A DNA stretch of 64,000 nt from Candidatus Zhuqueibacterota bacterium (lineage in GTDB: Bacteria; Zhuqueibacterota; Zhuqueibacteria; Thermofontimicrobiales; Thermofontimicrobiaceae), in assembly GCA_049322915.1 (NCBI GenBank), contig JBMOPW010000001.1, positions 14,093 to 78,092 on the forward strand, given 5' to 3'. The translations under genes and the position numbers were made by a program. The notes below the pieces were generated by a model that saw only the letters and a program-made list of their open reading frames with translations, was not told the DNA's origin and ran no database searches. Below, piece after piece: positions 31,073 through 41,662 of the stretch (positions are counted from its first letter, which is position 1; every line of letters begins with the position of its first letter).

Positions 31073-33445
31073 ATGGACACCACAGAAGAGATAATGAAGC
31101 GCCTTCAGAGTGAAATTACGAAATTGCAGCGACGAGTAGCGGAACAGAAAGCGGTCATTGAAGCGAAAAAGACGATTGAATCGACGCTTCGTGAATCTGA
31201 GGAGAAGTACCGTTTTATTGTGGAAAACGCCGGCGAGGCGATTATCATTGCACAGGATGGATTGATTAAATTTTACAATCCCAAAGCGCGTGAAATTTTG
31301 AACATGGCGGACGAGACTATCATCGATGTTCCTTTCGGAGATATTATTCACCCGGAGGATCGAAAGATGGTTCTGGGCCGGCACTATCGACGCATCAACG
31401 GAGAGGAACCACCGTCCGTCTACCCGTTCAGGATTGTGCGAAAAAATGGTGAAGTGACATGGGTAGAAATTAACGTCGAATTAATCGACTGGCAAGGAAA
31501 ACCGGCTACACTCAGTTTCCTCAACACGATTCAGGATCGGATGAAGTGGCAGGAGGCGCTGCAGGAGAGTGAAGAACGGTTCCGGGCGATTTTTGAGACA
31601 GCGCGGGATTGCATTTTCATCAAAGACAAAAGCCTTCGATACACGCACGTCAATCCGTACATGGCTGAATTGTTCGACATACCAGTCGCTCAAATGATCG
31701 GAAGGACAGATAGCGATCTGTTCAGTCCGGAAATTGTGCAGAATATTCAGGAATGGGATCAGCGGGTGTTGCAAGGAGAGGTGATCGCCTATGAAGATAG
31801 CAAACCGGTGCGGGGCAATGATGTGACATTTGATGTAAAGAAGGTGCCGATATATAACCGAACTCGCGAAATCATCGGCCTGTGCGGCATTGCCCGCAAC
31901 ATCACCGCCCGAAAACGCGCCGAGCTGGAATTGGCGCATGAGCGCGAAAAGCTGGCTGTCACGTTGCGGAGTCTCGGCGAGGGCGTCATTGCAGCGGATA
32001 AAAATTCTACGGTGTTGCTGCTGAATAAGGTCGCCGAAACGCTGACAGGATTCACCCAGGAAGAAGCGGTTGGACGGCCGTTGAATGAAGTGTATTTATT
32101 GATCGACGAGCAGACCCGCAGTCGCTACGAAAATTTTGCCGATGAAGTCATGAACAGCGTCGCGCTTGAATTGAATAGCGAAAAAATTCTCATCGATCGG
32201 CAGGGCAACGAGCGGCTCATTGCCCAGACCGGCGCTCCGCTAAAGGATCAGGAGAGCAAAGTGATCGGATTGGTGGTGGCGTTTCGGGACATCACCCATG
32301 AGCGGAAGATGGAACTGGAATTGTCCCGCGCGCAGAAACTCGATTCGCTCAGCATACTCGCTGGCGGGATCGCGCACAACTTCAACAATTTTCTCACCGG
32401 AATTCTGGGCAATATCACTTTAGCCATGATGGAATTGACTCCCCAACACAAAGCCTACAAGATCCTGTCGGACTCAGAAAACGCCGCAGTCACAGCCAAA
32501 TCATTGACGCAACAGCTCCTCACATTTTCTGCCGGGGGATATCCCATACGAAGAGTGACACAGATTAAGGACCTGCTGATCACGACTGTGAATTTCTGCC
32601 TCACGGGTTCCAATGTGAAATGCGAATTTGGCATTGCGGACGATTTATGGTGCGCTGAGGTTGACCCGGCGATGATTGATCAGGCTATCACGAATCTGGT
32701 CATTAACGCCGACCAGGCCATGCCTGAAGGTGGTACTTTAACCATTTCGGCGGAGAACACGACCATCCCGGAAGGATTCCGTTTGCCGCTGAAACCGGGG
32801 AGGTACGTCATCATTCGTGTCAGAGACCAGGGCGTGGGAATTCCTGAGAGCCATCTTGCAAAAATTTTCGATCCTTATTTTACGACAAAACAAAAAGGCA
32901 GCGGATTGGGTCTGGCGACCAGCTATTCCATCATTCGCAGCCACGATGGCTATATCGAAGTCGACTCGCACCTGGAAAAAGGGTCAACATTCACTGTTTA
33001 TCTGCCGGCGACGACCAGGTCACCCGAAAATAAACGGGATAGGGCGCTGGCCAAACCAGGGAATTCCCAGCGCATTTTGATAATGGACGATGAGGAGATC
33101 ATCAGAAAAGTATTGAAGCGGATGCTCATCAATCTGGGCTACACGGTGGATACGTCCAATGAAGGACAAGAAATGATTGATATGTATCGGGAGGCGATGA
33201 AAACGGCTCAGCCATACGAGCTTGTCATTATGGATTTGACAGTGGTCGGCGGCCTGGGCGGCAAGGAAGCCATTAATAAATTATTGACTGTTGATCCGAA
33301 TGTGAAAGCCATTGTCTCCAGCGGCTATTCCAATGATGCCATCATGGCCAATTTCAGTCAATACGGCTTTTCATCGGTCATTCCGAAACCCTACAAACCG
33401 GAGGAATTGGGAGAAATCGTGTCTGAAGTGCTGGCTCGGAAATGA
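31073..33445 (+). CDS. Multi-PAS hybrid histidine kinase with C-terminal receiver
   Basis: Three PAS/PAC repeats, AGGIAHNFNN, NLVINA, FDPYFTTK..GSGLGL, receiver MDDE..MDL..KP. Confidence 0.92.
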   Translation: MDTTEEIMKRLQSEITKLQRRVAEQKAVIEAKKTIESTLRESEEKYRFIVENAGEAIIIAQDGLIKFYNPKAREILNMADETIIDVPFGDIIHPEDRKMVLGRHYRRINGEEPPSVYPFRIVRKNGEVTWVEINVELIDWQGKPATLSFLNTIQDRMKWQEALQESEERFRAIFETARDCIFIKDKSLRYTHVNPYMAELFDIPVAQMIGRTDSDLFSPEIVQNIQEWDQRVLQGEVIAYEDSKPVRGNDVTFDVKKVPIYNRTREIIGLCGIARNITARKRAELELAHEREKLAVTLRSLGEGVIAADKNSTVLLLNKVAETLTGFTQEEAVGRPLNEVYLLIDEQTRSRYENFADEVMNSVALELNSEKILIDRQGNERLIAQTGAPLKDQESKVIGLVVAFRDITHERKMELELSRAQKLDSLSILAGGIAHNFNNFLTGILGNITLAMMELTPQHKAYKILSDSENAAVTAKSLTQQLLTFSAGGYPIRRVTQIKDLLITTVNFCLTGSNVKCEFGIADDLWCAEVDPAMIDQAITNLVINADQAMPEGGTLTISAENTTIPEGFRLPLKPGRYVIIRVRDQGVGIPESHLAKIFDPYFTTKQKGSGLGLATSYSIIRSHDGYIEVDSHLEKGSTFTVYLPATTRSPENKRDRALAKPGNSQRILIMDDEEIIRKVLKRMLINLGYTVDTSNEGQEMIDMYREAMKTAQPYELVIMDLTVVGGLGGKEAINKLLTVDPNVKAIVSSGYSNDAIMANFSQYGFSSVIPKPYKPEELGEIVSEVLARK

Positions 33446-33809
33446 TTCGTCGCGAGGCTGAGATGTGAAAAAACCTCTCCCGCGCCTGGCGCGCTGTGTT
33501 TCAATTCAGCCTGTCCCGCTCCAATGAGGTGATGGATCAGGGCCGATGATGTTCAAGTTAGATTTTTTTTTGACAGAAATTTTATGGAACACTGATAACG
33601 CTGTTGATCCGCCAAAAAGATGGCGGACGCGCCGCACGGATCCTGCAAAAGGCGGATGACACGGATTAAGAATCCGTGAAGATCAGCGCCATCCGCGTTC
33701 TATTTCTTTTTCTGCTCTGGTTTGTGCGGGTCAACAGTCAGAATTTTAATAACCGGGATGGATTTTTTTTAATTCCCACAGACATATAAAACCGAATACA
33801 GAGGAAGCG

Positions 33810-34157
33810 ATGAAAAAAGTTGCCCTGGTTGCATTCAATGGTGATGCGATGTGTTTTGTCCATGTTTTGTTGAACGCGCTGGATATGGCGGACGCCGGAT
33901 TCGATGTCAAAGTTGTGATCGAAGGTTCAGCGACAAAGCTGGTGAAGGAATTGGTGGATCCTGCAAAACCATTTGCCGGACTTTATAAAAAAGTCAAAGA
34001 CAGGGGATTGATCGATTGCGTCTGCAAAGCCTGTTCCGTCAAAATGGACTCGATCCATGCGGCGCAGGAACAAGGCTTGCCGCTGTGCGATGATATCTCC
34101 GGTCATCCGAGTTTGCGCAAATATATGGATCAGGGATTTGAGATCATCACATTTTAG
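33810..34157 (+). CDS. DsrE-family protein
   Basis: HVLLNALD, EGSAT, CVCKACS, GHPS, GFEIITF. Confidence 0.8.
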   Translation: MKKVALVAFNGDAMCFVHVLLNALDMADAGFDVKVVIEGSATKLVKELVDPAKPFAGLYKKVKDRGLIDCVCKACSVKMDSIHAAQEQGLPLCDDISGHPSLRKYMDQGFEIITF

Positions 34158-34231
34158 ACAAACGCTGTGAGTTCGCGGGGATAGCTAAACGCTTGATCAG
34201 ACGATTGGGGTGTACCTAAGGAGGCGAATGA

Positions 34232-37200
34232 ATGCCATCACAATTCAATTTGGAAGACGATGAGAGTCCTGGACAATTAACGACGACCATCAGACAATTG
34301 CGTCCGGGGGATCACCTGTGCTCTATATTCGAAACTATCCAGGAGCATCGGTCGATAATCACGACGTTCATTCTGACTGGTTTCGATCGTAATGAACGGG
34401 TGGTGTACATTGGCGATGATCATTCTGTTGCGCAAATTGAAGCGTACCTGACGGATGCTCAGGTTAATCTCGCTTCGTACATTGAAGCAGGTCAGTTTAT
34501 CTTCCTCAAAGCATCGGATATTTATATTGCCGACGGCACATTCGAACCGGAAAAGATGATTCAATATTTGAAGGACCAGACCGAATACTCGCTGGCGTGT
34601 GGATACGACGCGCTGCGGGTTTCTGGTGAAATGTCCTGGATGTTGAAGGGAAATTTTGGTACAGATCAGTTGATTCAATACGAAGCCATGTTGCTTGAGT
34701 TTTTCCTTCAACATCGATGCCTGGCCCTGTGCCAATACGATAAGACAAAGTTCAGCGCCGATGTGTTGCTGGATGTCTTGCGCACCCATCCTTTGGCCAT
34801 TGTCGGCGACGATGTCTATAAAAACTTTTATTACCTTCCACCCTGCGAAATTCTCAATCCGGATCGCAACGAAGCCAAACTTAAATACTGGCTTGAAAAT
34901 TTGAAAAAATTCAATCGGACTGAAGAACAACTTCACGAGGTTGACCGCAGGTTTCTAACGCTGATTAAAAACCTGCCAGGCTTTGTCTATCAATGCCTGA
35001 ATGACCGCGATTGGACGATGAATTTTATCAGCGAAGGTATTACCAATACGTTGGGTTACACCGTTGACGAAATGAAAAAAATGAGTTATGCCGGCATCAT
35101 TCATCCAAACGATAGTGAGCTGGTCTGGGATGAAATTCAAGAAGCCTTGCACCAGAAACAGCCATTCCGGATTCATTACCGGGCAAGGACGAAAGCCGGG
35201 GCCTATCGCTGGATGCTGGAACAGGGTTGTGGCGTTTTCGACCGCAACGGTGAATTAAAACACCTGGAAGGATTCATTACAGATGTCCACGATGAGCGAT
35301 TCGCAAAAGAAGATCGCGATCGGTTTTTTAATCTGACCACCGATTTGATCTGCATGATAACCGCCCGGGGCATTTTCAAATTCGTCAACCAGGAATGGGA
35401 AAAGGTGCTGGGGTATAAACAGATCGAAATGGTTTCCCGGCCGGTTTTGAATTTCATTCATCCCAATGATGTTGCGGAGTACAAACGAATCATCAGACGA
35501 TTGAAAAAAAGCGAAAGCACGATTCGATTTGAAAATCGCTATGTACACAAGGATGGCTCCGTTAAACTCATCGAATGGACTGCGACGCCCAGCGTTGAAT
35601 CGGGATTAATTTACTGCATTGGCCGCGATGTCACTGATGACCGCCGCTTGCACACTATGCTTCTTGAGAATGAGCGACGGTTGCGAAACGCTCAAAAAGC
35701 CGGTAAAATTGGCAGTTGGGAAGTGGATTGCAAAACAGAGACATGGACAGTCTCGGATGAGTTTAGACGAATTCACGGCGTCGAGTCGAATTACTTCTCC
35801 ATGAAAAAAATGCGAGCCTTTGTTTTTAAAGACGATGTGCAGTTATTTGAACACGCTTATCGGAGGACAGTGGAAAAGCAGTCGCCCTTTACCTTCGAGC
35901 ATCGCATAATCAAACAGGACACTCGAGAAATCCGCTGGGTGCTGAAGCAGGGCGAATTGGTCTGTGACGAGCGGAATCGACCCATCCAGTTGATTGGAAC
36001 GACGCAGGACATCACCGATCGGAAGCAGATTGAACTCGCACTGCAACGGGAGAAGGAACGCGCTCAGTATTATCTCGATATCGTCGGGGTGATGCTCGTT
36101 GTTCTGGATCGCAGTGGACAGGTTCGTCTCATCAATAAAAAGGGGTGCGCCATTCTGGGGTATTCCGAAGCGCAGGTCATCGGGAAAAATTGGTTCGATC
36201 ATTTTTTACCTGAATCCAACAGGGATGAGGTGAAGCATGTGTTCACCCAACTGATGGCTGGAAAAATAAAGACGGTTGAATACTTTGAAAACGACGTGAT
36301 AACCAGCGATGGAAATCCCCGATTGATCGCCTGGAAAAATTCAATCCTGTGGGACGAATTGCATCGGCCGACCGGCATACTGAGTTCCGGCGAAGATATA
36401 ACTGAAAAGCGGCAGGCGGAACAACAGATACAGTTCAGTAAAAAAATGCTTTCCGACACAGGCAAGATGGCGAAGATAGGAGGATGGGAGCATGATCTCA
36501 TCACCGGGAAAGCAGATTGGACGGATACGCTGTATGAAATTGTTGAAATTCAACCGGGCAGCACCCCCCCCGGAGTTCAGGAACACCTCAGTTATTATCC
36601 TCCCAAAGACCGGGCTATTCTCGAAAGTGAGTATCAACGCGCTATTGAGGAAAAGCGGCCGTTCGATCTTCGGCTTCAGGCATACACGGCCACTGGAAAA
36701 CTGTTATGGTGCCATGTGCGCGGCGAACCAGTCATTGAAAACCAAAAATGTGTGAGGTTCCGAGGCGTGCTTCAGGATATTACAGAGCAGATGCGGATCG
36801 AGGAAGCGCTGCGGCAATCTGAAACGCGCTATCGGTACCTGTTCGAGAATGCGTCCATTGCCATCGGCATGTCAGATGCCGACGGCAGGGTGATCGCTGC
36901 CAATCAGGTGATGGAGCAACTCACCGGTTTTTCGTCGGAGGAATTCCAGAAGATAAAACTCATGGACATTTACGTCGTGCCCGAGGATAGGGATCGATTA
37001 ATCGCCACAATACGGAAGGAGGGCAAAGTCAGAAATTTCGAAACGCATCTTCATCGAAAAGATGGAACCCTCTATCTTGCCCGATTGAATGTGGATGTGA
37101 TCAGGATCGGCGGGGAAGAAATGCTCCTCACGATCGCGCAGGACATCACAGAGAGCAGACGGATGGAAGAAGCGCTTCGCATGGAGCGGGAGCAGCTTCT

Positions 37201-38278
37201 CTCGCTGTTCGACAGCATTGACGAGATGATTTATGTGTCCGACCCTATGACCTACGAAATGGTCTATGTGAATAAAAAATTGCAGCGCATGCTGAATTCA
37301 GACGGAGCGGGCGAAACCTGTTACAGGCTTCTTCAACGCAAAGAAGCGCCCTGCGAATTCTGCACCAATCATTTTATTCTGTCAAATGACCATCAGCCGT
37401 ATCAGTGGGAATATCATAATCCATGGTTGAACAAAGATTTCATGCTGACGGACCGCTTGATTCGCTGGCCAGATGGCCGGGATGTACGATTTGAACTGGC
37501 GATCGATATTACCGATCGGAAAATTGCTGAGGCCGAAATTCAAAAATTGAACCGGGAATTGGAGCAGCGCGTCAAGGATCGGACTTTTGAACTGGAAGCG
37601 GTGAACAAAGAATTGGAAGCGTTCAGCTATTCGGTCTCTCATGATCTGCGCGCCCCGCTTCGCCACATCAGCGGATTTGTAGACATGTTGCGAAAAAATA
37701 TGGGCGAGACAACCTGTGAGAAGAACTCTCACTATCTGGATGTCATTCGCGAATCCGCCCAGCGGATGGGAAACCTGATCGATGAGCTATTGGCGTTCTC
37801 GCGGACGGGCCGCTCCGAAATTGCCTGGAAAAATTTCGATGCCGATACATTAATTCAGGAAGTGATTCAGGAATTGCAGCCTGAGATTGGCGCGCGAACC
37901 ATCACCTGGAAGCTCTTGCCGTTGCCTGAAATTTATGCCGATCCATTGAAACTGCGTCACGTATTTGTGAATCTGATTTCCAATGCCATTAAATTTACAC
38001 GACAGCAGCAGAATCCGGTGATTGAGGTGAGCGCGACCAGAGGCGACAGCAAGGAATACGTGTTTGCCGTGCGGGACAATGGGGTTGGTTTTGATATGAA
38101 ATACGCGAATAAACTTTTTGGGGTATTCCAGCGGCTGCATCGGACAGAAGAATTCGAGGGCAATGGCATTGGGCTGGCGAATGTTCGTCGCATAATCCAT
38201 CGACACGGCGGTCGGACCTGGGCTGAAGGAAAGTTGAACGAAGGAGCCACTTTTTACTTCACCGTTCCCATGAAGTAG
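34232..38278 (+). CDS. MEDS-domain multi-PAS sensor histidine kinase
   Basis: GDHLC..LRVSGEM.W..ALCQYD (MEDS); many PAS/PAC; FSYSVSHDLRAPLRH; FQRLH..GIGLA. Confidence 0.92.
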   Translation: MPSQFNLEDDESPGQLTTTIRQLRPGDHLCSIFETIQEHRSIITTFILTGFDRNERVVYIGDDHSVAQIEAYLTDAQVNLASYIEAGQFIFLKASDIYIADGTFEPEKMIQYLKDQTEYSLACGYDALRVSGEMSWMLKGNFGTDQLIQYEAMLLEFFLQHRCLALCQYDKTKFSADVLLDVLRTHPLAIVGDDVYKNFYYLPPCEILNPDRNEAKLKYWLENLKKFNRTEEQLHEVDRRFLTLIKNLPGFVYQCLNDRDWTMNFISEGITNTLGYTVDEMKKMSYAGIIHPNDSELVWDEIQEALHQKQPFRIHYRARTKAGAYRWMLEQGCGVFDRNGELKHLEGFITDVHDERFAKEDRDRFFNLTTDLICMITARGIFKFVNQEWEKVLGYKQIEMVSRPVLNFIHPNDVAEYKRIIRRLKKSESTIRFENRYVHKDGSVKLIEWTATPSVESGLIYCIGRDVTDDRRLHTMLLENERRLRNAQKAGKIGSWEVDCKTETWTVSDEFRRIHGVESNYFSMKKMRAFVFKDDVQLFEHAYRRTVEKQSPFTFEHRIIKQDTREIRWVLKQGELVCDERNRPIQLIGTTQDITDRKQIELALQREKERAQYYLDIVGVMLVVLDRSGQVRLINKKGCAILGYSEAQVIGKNWFDHFLPESNRDEVKHVFTQLMAGKIKTVEYFENDVITSDGNPRLIAWKNSILWDELHRPTGILSSGEDITEKRQAEQQIQFSKKMLSDTGKMAKIGGWEHDLITGKADWTDTLYEIVEIQPGSTPPGVQEHLSYYPPKDRAILESEYQRAIEEKRPFDLRLQAYTATGKLLWCHVRGEPVIENQKCVRFRGVLQDITEQMRIEEALRQSETRYRYLFENASIAIGMSDADGRVIAANQVMEQLTGFSSEEFQKIKLMDIYVVPEDRDRLIATIRKEGKVRNFETHLHRKDGTLYLARLNVDVIRIGGEEMLLTIAQDITESRRMEEALRMEREQLLSLFDSIDEMIYVSDPMTYEMVYVNKKLQRMLNSDGAGETCYRLLQRKEAPCEFCTNHFILSNDHQPYQWEYHNPWLNKDFMLTDRLIRWPDGRDVRFELAIDITDRKIAEAEIQKLNRELEQRVKDRTFELEAVNKELEAFSYSVSHDLRAPLRHISGFVDMLRKNMGETTCEKNSHYLDVIRESAQRMGNLIDELLAFSRTGRSEIAWKNFDADTLIQEVIQELQPEIGARTITWKLLPLPEIYADPLKLRHVFVNLISNAIKFTRQQQNPVIEVSATRGDSKEYVFAVRDNGVGFDMKYANKLFGVFQRLHRTEEFEGNGIGLANVRRIIHRHGGRTWAEGKLNEGATFYFTVPMK

Positions 38279-38514
38279 TTCGCGCCGGTATTGATACATG
38301 CTGAGATGCACCCGCTTCTGCCAATAATCGAAGAGGCGGTTATCATTGGAGACTATACGAATCAGAGATTTCAATTTCGATGTAAGAAAATGACACGCAG
38401 TAAATGATGGTGGAATCCACTGAAAATCAGGGTCTGAATCGGAATGTCGTTTGAACCAACACTCCGACGAAATGTCCTGTGGCGGATAAATCATATCAAC
38501 AGAAAGGATGAATC

Positions 38515-38964
38515 ATGGAGGGATTAAAACGAATTTTGCTGGTTGAAGATGATGTGAACGATGTGGAATTGACGCTCGAATCACTCAGGGAATACAATCT
38601 GGCAAATGAAGTTATTATCGCCCGCGATGGTGAAGAGGCGCTGGAGTATCTCTACAGGAAGAACAGATTCGAGCATGCCCCGGAAGGCCAGCCGGTGGTC
38701 ATTTTCCTGGACATTAAAATGCCGCGCGTGAACGGATTGGAGGTGCTGCGAATCATCAAAAACGATCCGGATTTACGCCTGATCCCGGTGGTGATGGTCA
38801 CCTCGTCCCAGGAAGAGCCGGATCTGAAAGAGGCGTACGAGATGGGGGCCAATGCGTATGTGGTGAAGCCGGTGGATGTGCAGCAGTTCATGAATGCGAT
38901 CAAAGAACTGGGAGTTTTTTGGGCTGTTTTCAATATGCCTCCTCCCGGCTGCATTAAAGATTAA
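38515..38964 (+). CDS. Single-domain response regulator (Rcp1-like)
   Basis: LLVEDD, FLDIKMP, TSS, GANAYVVKP, FW. Confidence 0.93.
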   Translation: MEGLKRILLVEDDVNDVELTLESLREYNLANEVIIARDGEEALEYLYRKNRFEHAPEGQPVVIFLDIKMPRVNGLEVLRIIKNDPDLRLIPVVMVTSSQEEPDLKEAYEMGANAYVVKPVDVQQFMNAIKELGVFWAVFNMPPPGCIKD

Positions 38965-39175
38965 ATCCCTGATATGTTCTTTCAATTCCGTGAGAGGCCC
39001 GGCTCAGGCTGATGCCGCGCATCGGAGAGGATTCGGTGTTGCATCGGACGACTGAGATGGATATGGCGCTTACCTGAAATTGAAAAAAGGTCGCGTCCAC
39101 TCAGGACAAATCCGCGACAGGGAACAGTCAACCGATGATTGAAATGGTATTGATTCAGAAAAGGAGACGCACATC

Positions 39176-41104
39176 ATGGGGACTTGCTTGAACATCCTCC
39201 ATTTAGAGGACGATCCCATTGATACTGAAATTGTTCAGGAGGCGCTGAAGGCGGAGAATCCCTTTTGCGAGATATTACGAGTGGATACCCGGGACGATTT
39301 TGTCGCTGCACTGGAGGCGCGGACGTTCGACCTGATTCTGGCCGACTACTCGCTGCCCATGTTCGATGGATTGAGTGCATTGTCGTATGTCAAAGAACAT
39401 TATCCCGAGATACCATTCATCCTGATCTCCGGGACGCTGGGCGAAGAATTGGCCATAGACAGTCTCAAATTGGGCGCCACCGATTATGTCATCAAACAAC
39501 GGTTGTCGCGGCTGGTACCTTCGGTGAAACGCGCACTCAAAGAAGTGGATGACAGGAATGAGCGACGGAGAACAGAGGCTCAATTGGCGCGGCTGGCATC
39601 CGTGGTGGAGCAGGCAAGTGAAAGTATTGTCATCGTTGATTTGAATGGCGATATTGAATATGTCAATCCCAATTTTGAACGCCTCACCGGGTACACTGCC
39701 GCAGAAGTCCTGGGCAAAAACCCAAAAATCCTGAAAAGCGGAGCCCAACCTGAAAGTTACTACCGGGATTTGTGGCAGACCATTTCATCCGGTAAAACCT
39801 GGTTCGGTATTTTTCAGAACAAACGAAAAGATGGGGTCCTTTTCTTCGAAGACGCCGTCATTTTTCCCATTAAAAATCAACAGGGCGTTATCATCAACTA
39901 TGCAGCGGTCAAGCGGGATATCACCAGTGAAAAATTATTGGAAGAACAGCTACTCCAGTCCCAGAAACTGGAGGCCATCGGCCAGTTGGCTGGCGGGATT
40001 GCTCATGATTTCAACAATATTCTCACGGCAATTATGGGGTACTCTGAGGTGGCATTGATGAACCTCAATTCGAACGACCAGGTTTACTGGGATGTCAAAG
40101 CCATTATCAAGGCCGGGCAAAAAGCGAGCAACCTGACGAGACAATTGCTGACGTTCAGCCGCAAGCAGATCATTCAGCCGAAAATTATCGATATCAACCG
40201 GCTCATCACCGATCTGGAAAAGCTGCTCTATCGTCTCATCAGCGAAGATATCAAATTGAAGATGGCTCTTTCGGATAAAATAGGCAGAATTCATGCGGAC
40301 CCCGGCCAGATCGAGCAGGTTTTAATCAACCTGGTGGTCAATGCCCGGGATGCGGTCAATCACCCGTCGATTGCAGTGACGCGCCGAAATATAACCATCG
40401 AAACGCGCGATGTCATGGTGGACGATGCATCTCTGTTGACTCACACCGACATGGCGCCCGGTCGCTATCTGCTCTTGTCAGTCAGCGACACGGGCATTGG
40501 CATGATCGATGAGATAAAGCGAAAAATATTTGAGCCCTTTTTCACGACAAAAAAAATCAGCCAGGGTACCGGCCTGGGCCTGTCGACTGTCTATGGCATT
40601 GTGAAACAAAACAATGCCACCATTCTGGTTGACAGCCAGGTCGATCGAGGCAGCACTTTCACGATCTATTGGCCTTGCGCTGAAAGCGCTGAACCACTTT
40701 ACGACACGCCTGAAGAAGAAACACCGCTGGTTGGCGGAAATGAGAGGATCCTGTTTGTGGAAGATGACGATCGAGTCCGCGCTTTCTCTGTCAAAGCGCT
40801 CAAATCCCTGGGTTACGAAGTGATCCCGGCTCGTGATGGCGCTGATGCGTTGAGGATAGTCAGACGGAAAAAAATCACATTTGATCTGCTCATCACCGAT
40901 GTCGTGATGCCGGAAATGGGCGGCATTGAATTGGCTGAAAAATTATCCGCAGACAGAGATGGATTTAAAGTGCTGTTCACTTCGGGCTATCTGGACAGAG
41001 ATTATACCGATCATGACATTCTCAAAGAGGAAATAAACTTCATTCAAAAGCCTTATAGAATCCACTCGATGGCGAAGAAAATCCGGGAGGTTTTGCTGCG
41101 GTAG
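39176..41104 (+). CDS. Receiver-PAS-histidine kinase-receiver hybrid
   Basis: HLEDD..ADYSLP, PAS NPKILKSG, AHDFNN, TDVVMP. Confidence 0.92.
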   Translation: MGTCLNILHLEDDPIDTEIVQEALKAENPFCEILRVDTRDDFVAALEARTFDLILADYSLPMFDGLSALSYVKEHYPEIPFILISGTLGEELAIDSLKLGATDYVIKQRLSRLVPSVKRALKEVDDRNERRRTEAQLARLASVVEQASESIVIVDLNGDIEYVNPNFERLTGYTAAEVLGKNPKILKSGAQPESYYRDLWQTISSGKTWFGIFQNKRKDGVLFFEDAVIFPIKNQQGVIINYAAVKRDITSEKLLEEQLLQSQKLEAIGQLAGGIAHDFNNILTAIMGYSEVALMNLNSNDQVYWDVKAIIKAGQKASNLTRQLLTFSRKQIIQPKIIDINRLITDLEKLLYRLISEDIKLKMALSDKIGRIHADPGQIEQVLINLVVNARDAVNHPSIAVTRRNITIETRDVMVDDASLLTHTDMAPGRYLLLSVSDTGIGMIDEIKRKIFEPFFTTKKISQGTGLGLSTVYGIVKQNNATILVDSQVDRGSTFTIYWPCAESAEPLYDTPEEETPLVGGNERILFVEDDDRVRAFSVKALKSLGYEVIPARDGADALRIVRRKKITFDLLITDVVMPEMGGIELAEKLSADRDGFKVLFTSGYLDRDYTDHDILKEEINFIQKPYRIHSMAKKIREVLLR

Positions 41105-41170
41105 TCATCCGTGCCCTCATCAGGCCAGTTGCATTTTCACATTAAAACAATTTAATCTGTGAAATAGATT

Positions 41171-41290
41171 TTGACTTTTAAAATATTTTTTGATATATTA
41201 TACCCTAAAATTTTCCAGACGGCCAGCCGTTCGGTTGGCCAGTGAAATACCAGATAATTATATATCTAAATTTCAATAAGTAACCGTTAC
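41171..41290 (+). promoter_or_regulatory. Promoter and operator-like palindrome upstream of fdx-nqr
   Basis: TTGACT(41171)-17 nt-TATATT(41194); GTAA-CCG-TTAC at 41280-41290. Confidence 0.6.
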
Positions 41291-41317
41291 GAATTAACAA
41301 ACTCAGGAGGTGTTCCA

Positions 41318-41506
41318 ATGAAAGCGAAAATTGATCCCGAATTATGCACAGGTTGTGAGCTTTGTGTCGAGACATGCCCGGAAGTATTTGAAATGGGCGA
41401 TGATGTTGCTGTTGTTATTGTCGATGTCGTCCCGGAAGATGCGGAAGATTGCTGCCAGGATGCCGCTAATGACTGCCCCTCAGAGGCGATTGCTATTGAA
41501 AACTAA
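41318..41506 (+). CDS. Monocluster [4Fe-4S] ferredoxin
   Basis: CTGCELCVETCP ... CPSEAI; acidic; AGGAGG RBS. Confidence 0.93.
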   Translation: MKAKIDPELCTGCELCVETCPEVFEMGDDVAVVIVDVVPEDAEDCCQDAANDCPSEAIAIEN

Positions 41507-41662
41507 GCGATTGGCGCTTTCAGCGACAATTGATTGAAAAGTCGAAGTGCGCAAAAATACAATTTAAGTTCATGGTTCAAATTTTTTCAAATAAAATTCG
41601 TTCTATGCAATTTATTTTTGCGCACTGCCAACTTGATTGAATAGCATTATAACAGGTAAATT

